A stretch of 64,000 bases of DNA from Podarcis bocagei (Eukaryota): NCBI GenBank assembly GCA_964188305.1, contig OZ076888.1. One strand, written 5' to 3'. Positions within the stretch are counted from its first letter, which is position 1; the number at the start of each line of letters is the position of its first letter. The translations under genes were made by a program, and so were the position numbers. This document shows positions 38,818-50,877 of this stretch, piece by piece. The notes under the pieces were generated by a model, which saw only the letters and a program-made list of their open reading frames with translations, was not told where the DNA came from and made no database searches.

Positions 38818-39735
38818 CTGTGAGAAAGATTGGAAACCGCACAACCAGGTTATTACAGTGCATCAATAGCTCCTGGTTCCCATAAGGAAAATTTTTAAGA
38901 GTTATTCAGTTATTGAGGGCTGAGTGAGCTGGCAATTAAGAAAGGCCCATTAGCTCTCTGGTGCTTAGTGATGGGGAACACTCAGGGTCTCCTGCCCTCT
39001 GACCAGCAGAATGGACCAAGACCAGCACCACTGCTGGTGGATCTGCCAGATCCTTTTTTTTTAATGTTCAGGTCTGCACCCACTTAGCTCCAGCAACTTT
39101 GCAGCATTAGCTGCTTCCGGACCATTCATTGGGTCAGGTTGCAGCAAAGGAAAAGTTGAGCCTTAGAGACCTGTTCTCTTCTGCTTTCCTGCTTTCATTC
39201 TACCTACATTCATAACCCTCTTAGCAAACTCAGGCTCCTATACAACTGCACCAGTCTGTAGAGTAAGGCTTCCACTCCCATCACCTCTAACCAGTGGCTA
39301 TGGTGATTAGGGCTGAGTTGGCGCTGGAGCTCAACATCATCTAGAGCAAGAGTAAGGAACTTTTGTTATCCCAAGGGCCAGATTCTTATCTTGCCAGCCC
39401 TCTGAGGGACAGGTGGGTGGGACCTAAAACCAACTGGGTGAGGCCAAAGGACAGTGCTTTATTCTGAAGTAGCATATACCAAGGCTATCACATACTGAAG
39501 TCACATTTTAGTTCCCAAGTCACAAGTACTCACACACATGGTCTGAGACTTGTCAATTATTACAGAAGGAAGAGAGGAGGAAGTCTGGAAATCACACAGG
39601 CAGATCAGCTTGTGCTTTCACTGAACAAATTCTTCAGAAATGCGTGCATTAAAACTGCGTTTCACCAAAACAATAGAGCAGCTTTTGAAAATCCCTCAAA
39701 GGGAAGTTCTTAAATCAAACAAAAGCCCTTTTTAC

Positions 39736-39777
39736 CTGGTATGCCACGAGGTCCTGGTGGGCCTTGAACAAAAGCGC
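39736..39777 (-). CDS. COL17A1: COL17A1 exon (42 nt)
   Basis: GAFVQGPPGPRGIP. Confidence 0.9.
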
Positions 39778-40709
39778 CTGGGGGAAAAAGAGAGGAAAGA
39801 ATAACACTGGACTCCCATTTCTTTTCATAATGCTTGGAGTTCTATCCTGCCTCTCTGTTCCCTCCATACCTACCGACTTCCAAAAATAGAGACAGCTTTA
39901 GGGCCTATTCACACAGTCACTGGACATGTGGCAGCCATGGATAGGGGACTCAAATAGAGTGTACCACCTACCAGCCCATGGCTGGCTAGGCATGTGCATG
40001 AAGCAATAGACTTTGACAGAGATATAAGGCTATCCACAGGCTAGGATGTAGCACATTGTGTAGGCATTTCCTGATGCTACCTCATAACAAAGATGTTGCC
40101 TGATGAGGTCAGTTTTTTTCCTGTCTGACCTAATATTAAAGGACTGTTTATCAAACTTTCCAGGTTTTTAAATCTTTATATTCATTAAGGCACACTTTTG
40201 TTCATAGTCAACTCAGAAGTTATATCTTGCAAAGTCCATCTTGTACAGCAGTTTAACTACACAAAACGTGACCTCTTTAAGTAGCTGCTAATTTCTTACA
40301 AAGGTTTTATTCTAACAGAATACGAGGTATTGCAATGGTGATTTTTTTTTTAACGGCAGCAGCTCAGTTCTTGTTTTTCTTGCCACCTGCTAAAATAAAC
40401 ATGATTTCAGGGCACTCTGTAGAGTGTGTATGTTGTCTTTCTCTCTTTGTGTCTATGAAATGCTTCAGTTCACTTTATATCACGCTGATCAGAAAACTGC
40501 TGGTTTTCTGCCAAGACTATCAAGGGGACAGATTAGAAGCCATCGGGAATATTTATATAAAAAGTACATATAAATATAAACTGCAAAGTGGTTTTGTGTG
40601 AAATTCCCTTTTTAGTATAGGAAGACTTACAGAATGCTTTTTTTTTCTACTTAGCTTCCTCACCACCATTTTTTCACTTATATGCTAGTACAGAATAGAG
40701 AGTCTATAC

Positions 40710-40763
40710 CTGGAGGTCCTGGCGGTCCAGGGGGTCCTGGCGGTCCTTGCATCTCTGGTACCA
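40710..40763 (-). CDS. COL17A1: COL17A1 exon (54 nt)
   Basis: [18 protein letters not shown]. Confidence 0.9.
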
Positions 40764-42209
40764 CTAGACGAAAAAGGGAAACAGAAGTATTACACAACTG
40801 CTGCTACCGCAGCATATTTTAGAAACAGAAAGAGGCTGCTTTTAATAATAATAATAAATGATCTCACGGGTTAAAATATTAAAGGAAACCAGACAGCAGT
40901 TGTATTTGAAAGGATGGCTAAATCATCTCATGTGTCTATAAATCAAAATGAAAGAGGCTCCATTGACAAGAACGTACACTTTGGGTTCTGTCTAACTAAG
41001 GTGCATTGAGAGTAGACCTGCTGAAATCAATAGACAACTTACCTTGAGCTCCATTGGTCTTTCTTCCCAAAATGAAAGGTGGTATATGGTATATACATTT
41101 AGAAGAAGAAGAAGAAGAAGAACTAGTAACCCAAGTCCCTTGATTTCAAAGTGTTTACTCTGAGCATGACTTAGATTCAACCAACTGTCTTGAAAGTTGT
41201 TCACTTCCATACTGAAATCCACACCAACATTCACAAGTGACACGACCAACACTAAAAAGTAATATCTTGTGACAATGCCCAAAGAAACATTCTATCCTGC
41301 TTGAAGTGTGAGGCATGGGGCAAAGATTAAACGTAAAATAACTGTGTCTTTTTTTCTTTTTCTTTTAAGGAAAAAAGTTGAGAATGAGGAAAGCTGAGAG
41401 AAAAGTGAAAATTTTGGCAGGGTAAATTGCAAGCAAAACAAAACAAAAAAACGCCCAATACAATAAACGAAAACTAGATGGGCTAAGTATCTGACTTGAT
41501 CTATATAGTAAAATGATATTTCAATTAACTCAGGATCCCCCTGTCTCTAAAACAAACCAGTGACTCTAAATGACCACTCACCCTCTTATTTTATAGCAAT
41601 AAGTAGGTTTGGGCTTAGTTTGACTTGGTTTTGAATAGGAGATAAAAGTGTATTGCTCCAAAGTAAAGATAATGGTCTGGTACATGTGTCACATTAAATT
41701 ACAGTTAAAATAAACTTGGGGCTCATCCAAATTTATCTCATCTAGGCTATGCCTAGAATGCACAAGTCTAAGGGGTTTTCTGCTTGAGTGGGTCATAGTG
41801 GTTTCCCCCTTGGCCTGCTTCTTTCCAAAAGAAAACCCACTCTTTGGCAACAGATAGGAACAAATGGCAATCCGAGGGAAACCTCAATTGCCATTTGCTC
41901 TGACTGGGTGCTAAAGAGCAGTTTTTCCCGGGAAAAAGCAGTAAGACAAGAGGATGTGTGGGTTAGCCCTTGGTTATACTGCTAAAATTGTGGGTACTTC
42001 ACTCCTCTCCATTCCTACTGCTGCCACCCTGCCAGAAAAGAAGCCATGGTCTGGCTTGTCATGTCATACAAACCTGGACTTATGGCTTGTTTGGGAGGGC
42101 AGACACAAACCACAAGAACATTTGAAGGCATAAACAGTCCCTTAGAAAGTGCCAGTATTTTAAGAGTTGACTTCACAAACAGAAGCGTAGAAGAGACAAT
42201 TTTCTCTAC

Positions 42210-42293
42210 CTTGAGCAGCTGAAGCACCAACTCCTGAACGGACGGTTTCCACAATGGTGGCTTCACCTGGGTCACCTTTCTCACCACGAGGAC
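42210..42293 (-). CDS. COL17A1: COL17A1 exon (84 nt)
   Basis: GPRGEKGDPGEATIVETVRSGVGASAAQ; tgcag acceptor, gtaga donor. Confidence 0.87.
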
Positions 42294-42736
42294 CTGCATC
42301 AGAACATAAGAAATGACAGACTATTTAATTCAGCACAAATAAGCACACTGGTTGAAACTCAAGTTGTCAGGTTCTGGTTTCCACCTAATATGCATGTAGG
42401 CATTATGTTTTTTAGCTTAAACCTAATCTAGATAGGACCTGAACTGGTCCTCAGTTTATGTGTCTTGCATGGCAATGATGATACTGCAGAGAGAGATAAG
42501 GCCAGAAAAACCTGGGGATTCCTTAATGTGGACAAATGTGGAAAGACTGGAATGAAGTTTCAATTGGTGAGGGAAACCCGTGGTCCTCCAGATGCGATTG
42601 GACTACAAATCCCATCCTCCCTGGTCATGCTTTTTGGGGCTGATGGAAGTTGGAGATCCAACAATGTCTGGAGGGCTGAAGGTTCCCCAACGCTTACTTA
42701 AATGAACAGGTCTGCCAAAAGCATTATGGCTGCTTG

Positions 42737-44475
42737 GACTTCCGGGTTGGCGCCATCGCCGAATGGCGGACTCCCTCCGAGCTCCGGAGGGAGTCTGCTC
42801 GGCAGGGGCTGGGTCCTACCGCGCCGGCGACGCGGGGACCCTTAAAAACCACGGGCACGGAGCCCGTGGACATGGTGACTCGGCTGGCACCGCTAGCGCC
42901 CTCCCGACTCGTGAAGGAGCCTTTTTAAAGGCTTCCGATCGGGTGCCGGGGAGCGGCGTGGTGCTGTGAGTCCTCCGCTTCCCCTGCCGAGCGCAGCCGC
43001 ATGCCATTCGACGGAGAGCGCTGGCTTCTTCCATTGGAAATTCGGACTTTTAACAACAACCCGTGAGTAATTGGGTAACCGGGTATAAAAGGAGAAAAAA
43101 AGAATTTTTTTTCGGATTCGGCACGAGCGGGGGCGATCTAAAAAGGAAGTCAGTCCCCCCGATTGTAAACATGCTAAAACAAGGACTGGGTAACCAAGAT
43201 CGATCCAGAAGTTTATTGCTGATAAAAATTATTAATTCCACGATGCGAAATTACAAGAATTGTGCTGGAGGAGAAAAGTGGAGGGTGAGAGGGAAAAGGC
43301 AACCCCCCCTGGGAACCGGGGCGATTCGTAGAACCTGGCGAAGAGAGACGGAGAATTTGACAGCTGTCAAAGTAGCTGTCAAATTTTGAGAATATAAAGA
43401 GGACTTTGTTACAAGTATTTTGCTGGTTAATTCTGTTATAATTTGATATAATATGGATACAAACTGTCGGGGGGGAAAAGAAACAACAATTTGACTTTTG
43501 GATTAGAGGATACAAAGTTACTGCAATCCCCCTAGAGGGGTTTCGGGACATGTGGAAAACTACTCTGGGATGTGCACAGGTCTTATCTTCTGGGAAAGCT
43601 GCAAAACTGAAATACTATTTTGTCTACAGAGGTGTTTATATTAAAAGGAGATAATAGAATTTTCTATTGAAGAAAGGAAGGGACTGGACGTAAGTTTTTG
43701 TTCCTGAATAACAAACCTCTGTAGAGATACTAGACTTCGGAATAAGAACGTTTTAGCAGCTGAACAAGACAAGAAACCTGAGAAAGTAAGGAATAAAAAG
43801 AACAAAGGACCAACTACGACACGGAAAGAACAATGGGAGGAGCAACAAAGACCAAGGAAACTAAAGGCCTCTATTAGACTGGATTTTTGAAGTTAAACAT
43901 CAATAAAACAAATAAATTTAAAGAAAACCGGCAAGGTGGAATGAGAAAAATTTGGCTGTGGACTTGAGATCTCCAGGCCGATAACATACAGACTGATGGA
44001 CATGGGGAATTCAAACCGGGGAAGGGAGGGGGAATCTTGGAATCCAAAGGCTATGTAACCAACTTTTTGAATCTTCTTATATCTTTTATTTTCTATTTCT
44101 TTATATAACTTTGGTATCTTGATCTATCATGTTTTTTTTAAAAAAGGGGGAATTCGTGGAAGGAAATTGGGGCAGATCTTGGGGGAAAAATCTTTTTTCT
44201 ATTTCTGTTAAAGATGAGGAGTGATGGTAAGATTGTATAAATTTAAATTGGCTAATGGGTTAAACATATTAGGTTTTAATTGGGAATGAGAGCTTGTGGA
44301 ACCAACTTAGGGAAAGGGGAATACAGTCGGGAGGGGAAGGAGGGAGTCCTAGAAAGAAGGTTATGAAAGTAAGAATTTAAATTTGTCTTTCTTTTTCTTT
44401 CTTTTCTTTATCTTCTCTATTTTTCTTATTCTGTTATTATTGGAAATTTTAATAAATATGATTAAAACAAACAAA
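42737..44475 (+). mobile_element. Non-coding L1-like retroposon (~1.74 kb)
   Basis: 21-bp TSD CAAAAGCATTATGGCTGCTTG (42716-42736 and 44476-44496); CpG-rich 5' end; AATAAA at 44451 followed by an (AAAC)n tail. Confidence 0.8.
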
Positions 44476-44656
44476 CAAAAGCATTATGGCTGCTTGATGT
44501 GCTATAGGACTCCTGCATGGAAAATGATTCCTTGTAGGAAACAGCATAACACCCACCCACATATATTGGTCATATATATGCACCAACATATACCCATAGT
44601 GTTATCATCACCTTGGCTTTAATGCCTTGCATGTAGGAGATCTGTAATTTGTATTA

Positions 44657-45997
44657 CCGTATTTTTCGCCCCATAAGACGCACTTTTTCCCCTCCAAAAA
44701 TGAAGGGAAAATCTGGGTGCGTCTTATGGGGCGAATGCAGGCTTTCGCTGAAGCTTGAAGAGCGAGAGGGGTCGGTGCGCACCGACCCCTCTCGCTCTCC
44801 AGGCTTCAGGAAGATATCCGCCGCCCAAGCAGCCCTGTGGGAGGTCCCGCAGGGTTGCCTAGGCTGCGGATAGCAGCCTGCTTCTCGGAGCGTCGGGCGC
44901 CCTGAAGGCAGAGCGCCCGACGCTTCGGGAACCATTCCGCAGCCCAGGCAGCCCTGTGGGAGGTCCCGCAGGGTTGCCTAGGCTGCGGATAGCAGCCTGC
45001 TTCTCGGAGCGTCGGGCGCCCTGAAGGCAGAGCGCCCGACGCTTCGGGAACAATTCCGCCGCCCAGGCAGCCCTGTGGGAGGTCCCACAGGGCTGCCTAG
45101 GCTGCGGATAGCAGCCTGCTTCTCGCAGCGTCGAGCGCCCTGAAGGCAGAGCGCCCGACGCTTCGGGAACCATTCCGCAGCCCAGGCAGCCCTGTGGGAG
45201 GTCCCACAGGGCTGCCTAGGCTGCGGATAGCAGCCTGCTTCTCGGAGCGTCGGGCGCCCTGAAGGCAGAGCGCCCGACGCTTCGGGAACAATTCCGCAGC
45301 CCAGGCAGCCCTGTGGGAGGTCCCACAGGGTTGCCTAGGCTGCGGATAGCAGCCTGCTTCTCGGAGCGTCGGGCGCCCTGAAGGCAGGGTGCGCAAGGCT
45401 TGGGGCGGCAGCGGACTGCTTGCGCGCACCTAGAAGCTTGGGGCGGGCTGAGGTCAGCGCGCCCCAAGCTTCCGCATGCCGGCAAGCAGTCCGCTGCTGC
45501 CCCAAGCCTCCCGCACCCGGCAGGAGGTCCCGCCGGGTGCGGGAGGCTTGGGGCGGCAGCGGACTGCTTGCGCGCACCTAGAAGCTTGGGGCGTGCTGAG
45601 GTCAGCGCGCCCCAAGCTTCTGCATGCCGGCAAGCAGTCCGCTGCCGCCCCAAGCCTCCCGCACCCGGCATTAGGTCCCGCCGGGTGCGCAAGGCTTGGG
45701 GCGGCAGCGGACTGCTTGCCGGCATGCAGAAGCTTGGGGCGCGCTGACCTCAGCACGCCCCAAGCTTCTGGATTAGCGCAGGGGTCCGCTAGCCCTGGGA
45801 GAGGCGCCGGCTCTCCCACGCTAGCGGAGACCTTGCCGGCACGCAGAAGCTTGGGGCGCGCTGAGCTCCGTACGCCCCAAGCTCCTGGTGTAGCGCAGCG
45901 CACCTGGGGGGGAAATAAAAATTTTTTCCTTCATTTCCCCCCCTAAAATCTAGGTGCGTCTTATGGGCCGGTGCGTCTTATGGGGCGAAAAATACGG
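44657..45997. mobile_element. Non-autonomous Tc1/mariner-superfamily (Tc2-like) element with internal tandem and palindromic repeats
   Basis: 27-bp TIR CCGTATTTTTCGCCCCATAAGACGCAC; TA TSD; subterminal GTGCGTCTTATGGG repeats. Confidence 0.88.
44818..45388. repeat. 119-bp GC-rich tandem repeat, ~4.8 copies
   Basis: CTTCTCG(G/C)AGCGTCG recurs at 44881, 45000, 45119, 45238 and 45357. Confidence 0.92.
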
Positions 45998-46189
45998 TAC
46001 ATAACAAAGTCCTTAGATAATCAATTTTCCTCACCACACAAATTAAACCAAAAATTTTGGAGGTAGTACCAAAAGAAAGAGGCAAAAAAAGAAAGCAAGA
46101 GATTGCACAAGACTTGTTTTTGGATTGTACTACTTGAGCTAATGTTGCTAATCTTCCAGTCTACTATACGCAGAGGAAAGGATCCTCTA

Positions 46190-46420
46190 CAGTGGTACCT
46201 CGGGTTAAGTACTTAATTCGTTCCGTAGGTCCATACTTAACCTGAAACTGTTCTTAACCTGAAGCACCACTTTAGCTAATGGGGCCTCCTGCTGCCAGAG
46301 CACGCTTTCTGTTCTCTTCCTGAAGCAAAGTTCTTAACCTGAGGTAATATTTCTGGGTTAGTGGGGTCTGTAACCTGAAGCGTATGTAACCTGAAGCATA
46401 TGTAACCTGAGGTACCACTG
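46190..46420. mobile_element. Tc1/mariner-pogo (Tigger-like) MITE
   Basis: TIR CAGTGGTACCTC / GAGGTACCACTG; TA TSD; internal TAACCTGA repeats. Confidence 0.85.
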
Positions 46421-47172
46421 TACATGGCTTGTAGGTCATTCATACGCTGTGTCTGGAAATGTATCATTTGCCATCTACACTGTATTTATTTTCATTCATC
46501 CACCCCTTTCTCTGAAACTTACAGCAAATATTAAAACAGTAAAGCCTAGCAAACAGAAAAGAATGGAGGGGCAAAAAATGGTAACAATAAAACCCAACCA
46601 TCTCTTTTTCCAGAGAGTCAATAAAACAATCATCAGCTCAGCAGGCCAAGCGCCTATCAGAAAATAAAGATCTTCACAAAATAGTGAAAAAACATCAGCA
46701 AGTGGGTGAAGCAGACCTCTCTGGGCCGGGTGTTTCAAAGCTCAGACCTGGCCCTGGAGAAGGCTCTCCCCCACATCTCCACCAAGCGCACCACAGATGT
46801 CAGGAAGACAGAAATTAGCAGGAAAGCTTATGGAAGCTGGTTGTCGAACAAAAACAATTACATCCCTGCCCAAAGGGTTTACAGTGTGAAAGAAGGAAAC
46901 ACAGCTTGATAGACAAGTAATAAGGATGGGAGGAAGTAGCAACGTGTGTAGCGGGGGGCGGGGGGGGGACAAGGCTAGGCTGGGGCAGAAAGACTATGGA
47001 GAAAAGCAGAGTTTCAGGGAGGAGGTGCTTTGCAGAGTTTCAGGGAGGTGACCTCCCTGAAACTTTCAGAAGAGGCTGAAAGAAGATGAGCTAAAGTGGA
47101 GCACAGGGAAAAACACAGGGACTGGAAAACAAAGGAAGGAATCCAAAGATGGAGTTGCACCGAATGTATTAC

Positions 47173-47208
47173 CTTGAGATCCAGGAAGTCCAGCTGGGCC
47201 AATAGGAC
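47173..47208 (-). CDS. COL17A1: COL17A1 exon (36 nt)
   Basis: GPIGPAGLPGSQ. Confidence 0.9.
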
Positions 47209-48433
47209 CTTAGGGGGAAAGAGGGGGGAAGTTAGATCACCTTAGTGGATAAAGCAACCTTAGTGGATGAAGCTCCTCTTGAGAAATGGAGCAGAAACTT
47301 ACAAATAATACAACTGCCTGAAAGGCTGAGTTAAAATTTAAACAGATTTTGATAGCCGTTGGCATGGTACACAACTGTCAAGTGGGTGATAGCTTTGAAA
47401 CAAATGATTTCTCCCATTGTCCTATTCTCTTTGTACTTCCCACCAAGACACCCTTTTGCACTCTGTGAGCATTCTCTGTTTCACTGAGTAGAGAAAACAG
47501 AAGGTACTTAAATGAAAAGGTCCTGGTAGGCAATTCCAGCTACAGCAGGTATGCTAGTTTGAGAAAGAAAGGAGTGTACTCTTCTCTAGAAAGGGATAGA
47601 TTCCAGTTGGTGGATAAGTTTGGGGATCACTTCACACAAATGTGGATGCTATCGGGTGAAAACTTGTATTCCAATTCCATGTGTTTTTTTAAGCTACAGC
47701 GCAAGAAATAGCACTAAGCAGTGGCAAAACCATACATCACCAAGGCAAAAGGAATGCTAATACATAATAGTATTTGTGTGTGTGTGTTTCCTCTACAAGA
47801 GGTTCTCAAGTTATAAGCATCAGCCAGAAATCCAGTCCCATCACCAGCTTTTCAACACAACATTGGCCAGATAATGAGAGACAAGTAGGGAGCAAGTCTT
47901 TGCAGACAGCTGTAAAGGTCCATATTGAGAGGAATTACTGCAATGAAAGCAGAAAGATCTGTAAATTTCAGTTCTTTCTGTTTTTCATTTATCTATTCAA
48001 AATTTGGTTCTCAATATTTCTGCAGCAGTTTGAGAATTTTTTTAAAAAAATTCTCATAATTCTTCAGCAGTTTAGTGCAGATTACTCCTAACAAACAAAT
48101 TTGCCGTTTTGACTAACATAAACATTTTTGCAAGCAATTTATCCTCATATAACATGTTTTATGTTAGGTATTTTCATGAATATATTGGTTGTTATGCAAA
48201 CCTTTTAAAAATATATGCATTTTGTGAACATTAGGTGGTTGAAGAACTGCATCACAAAATTGAAAATTTCAAAGGATGGCTATGTCTTGGTTCTCATATT
48301 GTTTGGGAAAGCGTGTATTTGAAAAATTCAGCTTTAAATGTGAACCGAACAGATTTCTCCCTCATCCCTACATATGGAGAAATATTAAGAATAAAGCAAA
48401 TGAAAAGGGCAAGGAATTAAAAAAGGTTCTCAC

Positions 48434-48514
48434 CTGGAACACCTGGTGGGCCTTGAGGACCAACAGCCCCTGGTGGACCTGGAGGTCCTGGGACAGAAAT
48501 AGTTGATGCACCAT
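48434..48514 (-). CDS. COL17A1: COL17A1 exon (81 nt)
   Basis: [27 protein letters not shown]. Confidence 0.92.
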
Positions 48515-48625
48515 CTGAAACAGCAAAAAGTTCCACAAATCACTTTGTGAGGAAAGATTATGGCACCATGGCAGTATGACAATTATCAGGCATGGGACTT
48601 TTCCTGCTACAGCAGTGATACATAC

Positions 48626-48661
48626 CTGAAGTAGTAACCCGGCCTGGTGCACCTGGTTCAC
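48626..48661 (-). CDS. COL17A1: COL17A1 exon (36 nt)
   Basis: GEPGAPGRVTTS (end of the long COL15 helix). Confidence 0.92.
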
Positions 48662-49570
48662 CTGAGGAAACAGGAAAGGAAAGGGAAAGATGTTACCAGG
48701 GCTTCAATGAAAACAAGTTTATGACCCATGATATATCTGTGTCATTAAATACTTTGCCAAAATGATAATTATTATAGTAAGATTGGGAATTGCTGGTATA
48801 AGGGCACAAAAGTGGCTCTAATGGCAATTGCCCCAAATGATTGTCAGAATTAAGTGTATGCATCTGTTATCAGAAAAGACAGAGCTGCCTTATGTCCAAA
48901 ATTTCCCAGACATAGTCAGGATTTGCCCTTCGGAAATAGCATCCTGGCGGAATTTCCAAAAATTGTTTAAAATGTCTGCGAAAACTTGGGTGCATTGTTG
49001 ATGTTTGGCTCAACAACTTTTGTGTTTTTGTATCCGGATTTTCACTTTTTGAAATATGCAACCCTAGAAAAGGCCCTATGAGCAATCAGTAGTACTCCAT
49101 ATTTCTCATCATCCCTATCCAAAGCCAGAGGTTGTGAGACTTTTGTAGCTGACAGCAGAGAGTAGGGGCAATTATTTGCTTCTACTCCTCACCTTTTCCT
49201 GGTTCATATATTCAAGATGCATAGACCTATAATAGTAGTATGATGAGAAAGGGCATGAGTCCCTCTGTTTGGGCAGGTAATAGAGGCCTCCATATTAATA
49301 CCATAACACCTAAGGTCCTGAACAGAATGATTTTCCACCTGTTTTTGTTTTGAGGAACAGGGAATCGCACAAACAGGAGCCTCTGTGTGATTAAGACAGG
49401 AAGTCACAGAGGGCAGAGTCCAGAGTGCAGGCTAACTGTGCAGCAGAGGGGTTCTTAGACAATCTGAGGGACTAAATAGCCTGGCTATTGCAGTGTTGCC
49501 CTGGTCTGAATGTATGAACAAGAGCATTTTCTATTGAAAACATGCACATCCAATATTCATCTCTACTCAC

Positions 49571-49606
49571 CTTTAGCTCCTGGTCGGCCTGGATTGCCTG
49601 TGAGTC
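49571..49606 (-). CDS. COL17A1: COL17A1 exon (36 nt)
   Basis: GLTGNPGRPGAK. Confidence 0.9.
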
Positions 49607-49945
49607 CTGCAGAGAGTTAAAAATGAAAATTCAGTATACAAAATACCATACATCACTGTGTGTGTGAGAATGCTATAATACTGGACCATAAAGAATTGTG
49701 TATTCAAAGTTCCTTCATTGCAAGGCATATCTCTCACACACATACCCTTCCCAGATATTGCAAAAGGCAGCCTGCTTTTGTTTCATTTTCATTTGTTTTC
49801 AAAGGACGCAGATTCTTTCATAAACATGCAAACACCTTTCTGTCCATCCATATCAGTCCCCCAATACTTGGAGTGCAATCTATACCCCCATTCTCAGATA
49901 TTTTGAATGGATCATTTGGAATGCACCACTTGGTAGATGTAACCA

Positions 49946-50004
49946 TTTGTTGTTGTTTAGTCGTGTCCGACTCTTCGTGACCCCATGGACCAGAGCACGC
50001 CAGG
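49946..50004 (-). mobile_element. RTE-BovB 3' tail fragment
   Basis: TTGTTGTTGTTTAGTCGTGTCCGACTCTTCGTGACCCCATGGAC, the BovB 3'-end signature. Confidence 0.75.
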
Positions 50005-50011
50005 TAACCAT

Positions 50012-50407
50012 AGGGCACCACAATTCAATAAGGATATTGACAAGCTGTAACGTGTGCAGAAAAGGGTGACCAAGATGATAAAGGGTCTGAAAACCAAGCC
50101 TTATGAGGAACGGCTGAGGGGATTGGGTATGTTTAGGAGAATGAGAGGAGATATGATAGCCATCTTCAAATATTGAAAGGCCTGTCATATGGAGGCTGGA
50201 GCAAGCTTGTTTCCTCCTGCTCCACAGGCTAGGACCCAAACCATTTGGATCAAGTTACAAGAAAGAAGATTCTGACTAAACATCAGGAAGAACTTTCTAA
50301 CAGGAAGAGCTGTTCCACAGTGGAACACAGTCCTACTATCTTCCCTTGGAGGTTTTTAAGCAGAGGTTGGATGGCTATCTGTCACGTATAAATCTAGTTG
50401 AGATTCC
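50012..50407 (+). mobile_element. CR1 LINE 3' fragment, left part (continues at 54425-54488 after the LTR element)
   Basis: Same family as 28872-29155; GAGATTCC|TGCATTGCAG...TTGGACTAGATGA...ATTCTATGA is rejoined when the LTR element is removed. Confidence 0.88.
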
Positions 50408-50877
50408 TGTTACCATAAAGCACCAATGCTGCAGCAAGCAAAGGCTCCAGCAGCTCAGTCAGCTGCTTGTGGCTGGAAAGCCAGACAGGATGTTTGTGAC
50501 TGTTGCCATGGGAACAAAGGGGCAGTCCAATCCGTACTGAGCACCGGATGTTAGCTCAGTGTGTGTGTCATATGACCCGTACTGGAAGTACATGGGTGGA
50601 GTTTCTTCTTGCTGTTGTCGAGTGCAGACGTGTTTCTCTGTACTGATATGAGAGACAGAAATAAAAGATGTAAATAGTTTTCTGTCTGCTTCTTTCCCCT
50701 CCTTGGGGGACACCAAAGGGGAGAGAGGGTGAACGGTGTGTTCCTCTCACACATCTGAGATGAATCGCCGGGACCTCGCCTGCTTATCAGCAGAGTGGAG
50801 ACGCGGGGAGGTCGACGGGAATATCTGCCGGTGCCTACGCTGTGGCACATTCCTCTGACCCAGGCAGAATTCCAATA
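50408..50877 (+). repeat. 5' LTR (470 bp)
   Basis: Direct repeat of 53950-54419; AATAAA at 50660; ends CCAATA. Confidence 0.95.

Noticed and set aside
41043-41062. Possible extra COL17A1 microexon ending GCTCAAG|gtaagt
   Set aside because: Strong donor, but the nearest AG acceptors give 16 or 20 nt (frameshifting) and the polypyrimidine tract is poor
44654-45946. Many overlapping 80-170-aa ORFs and a CRISPR-like periodicity
   Set aside because: GC-rich tandem and palindromic repeats lack stop codons by composition; there are no unique spacers and the context is eukaryotic
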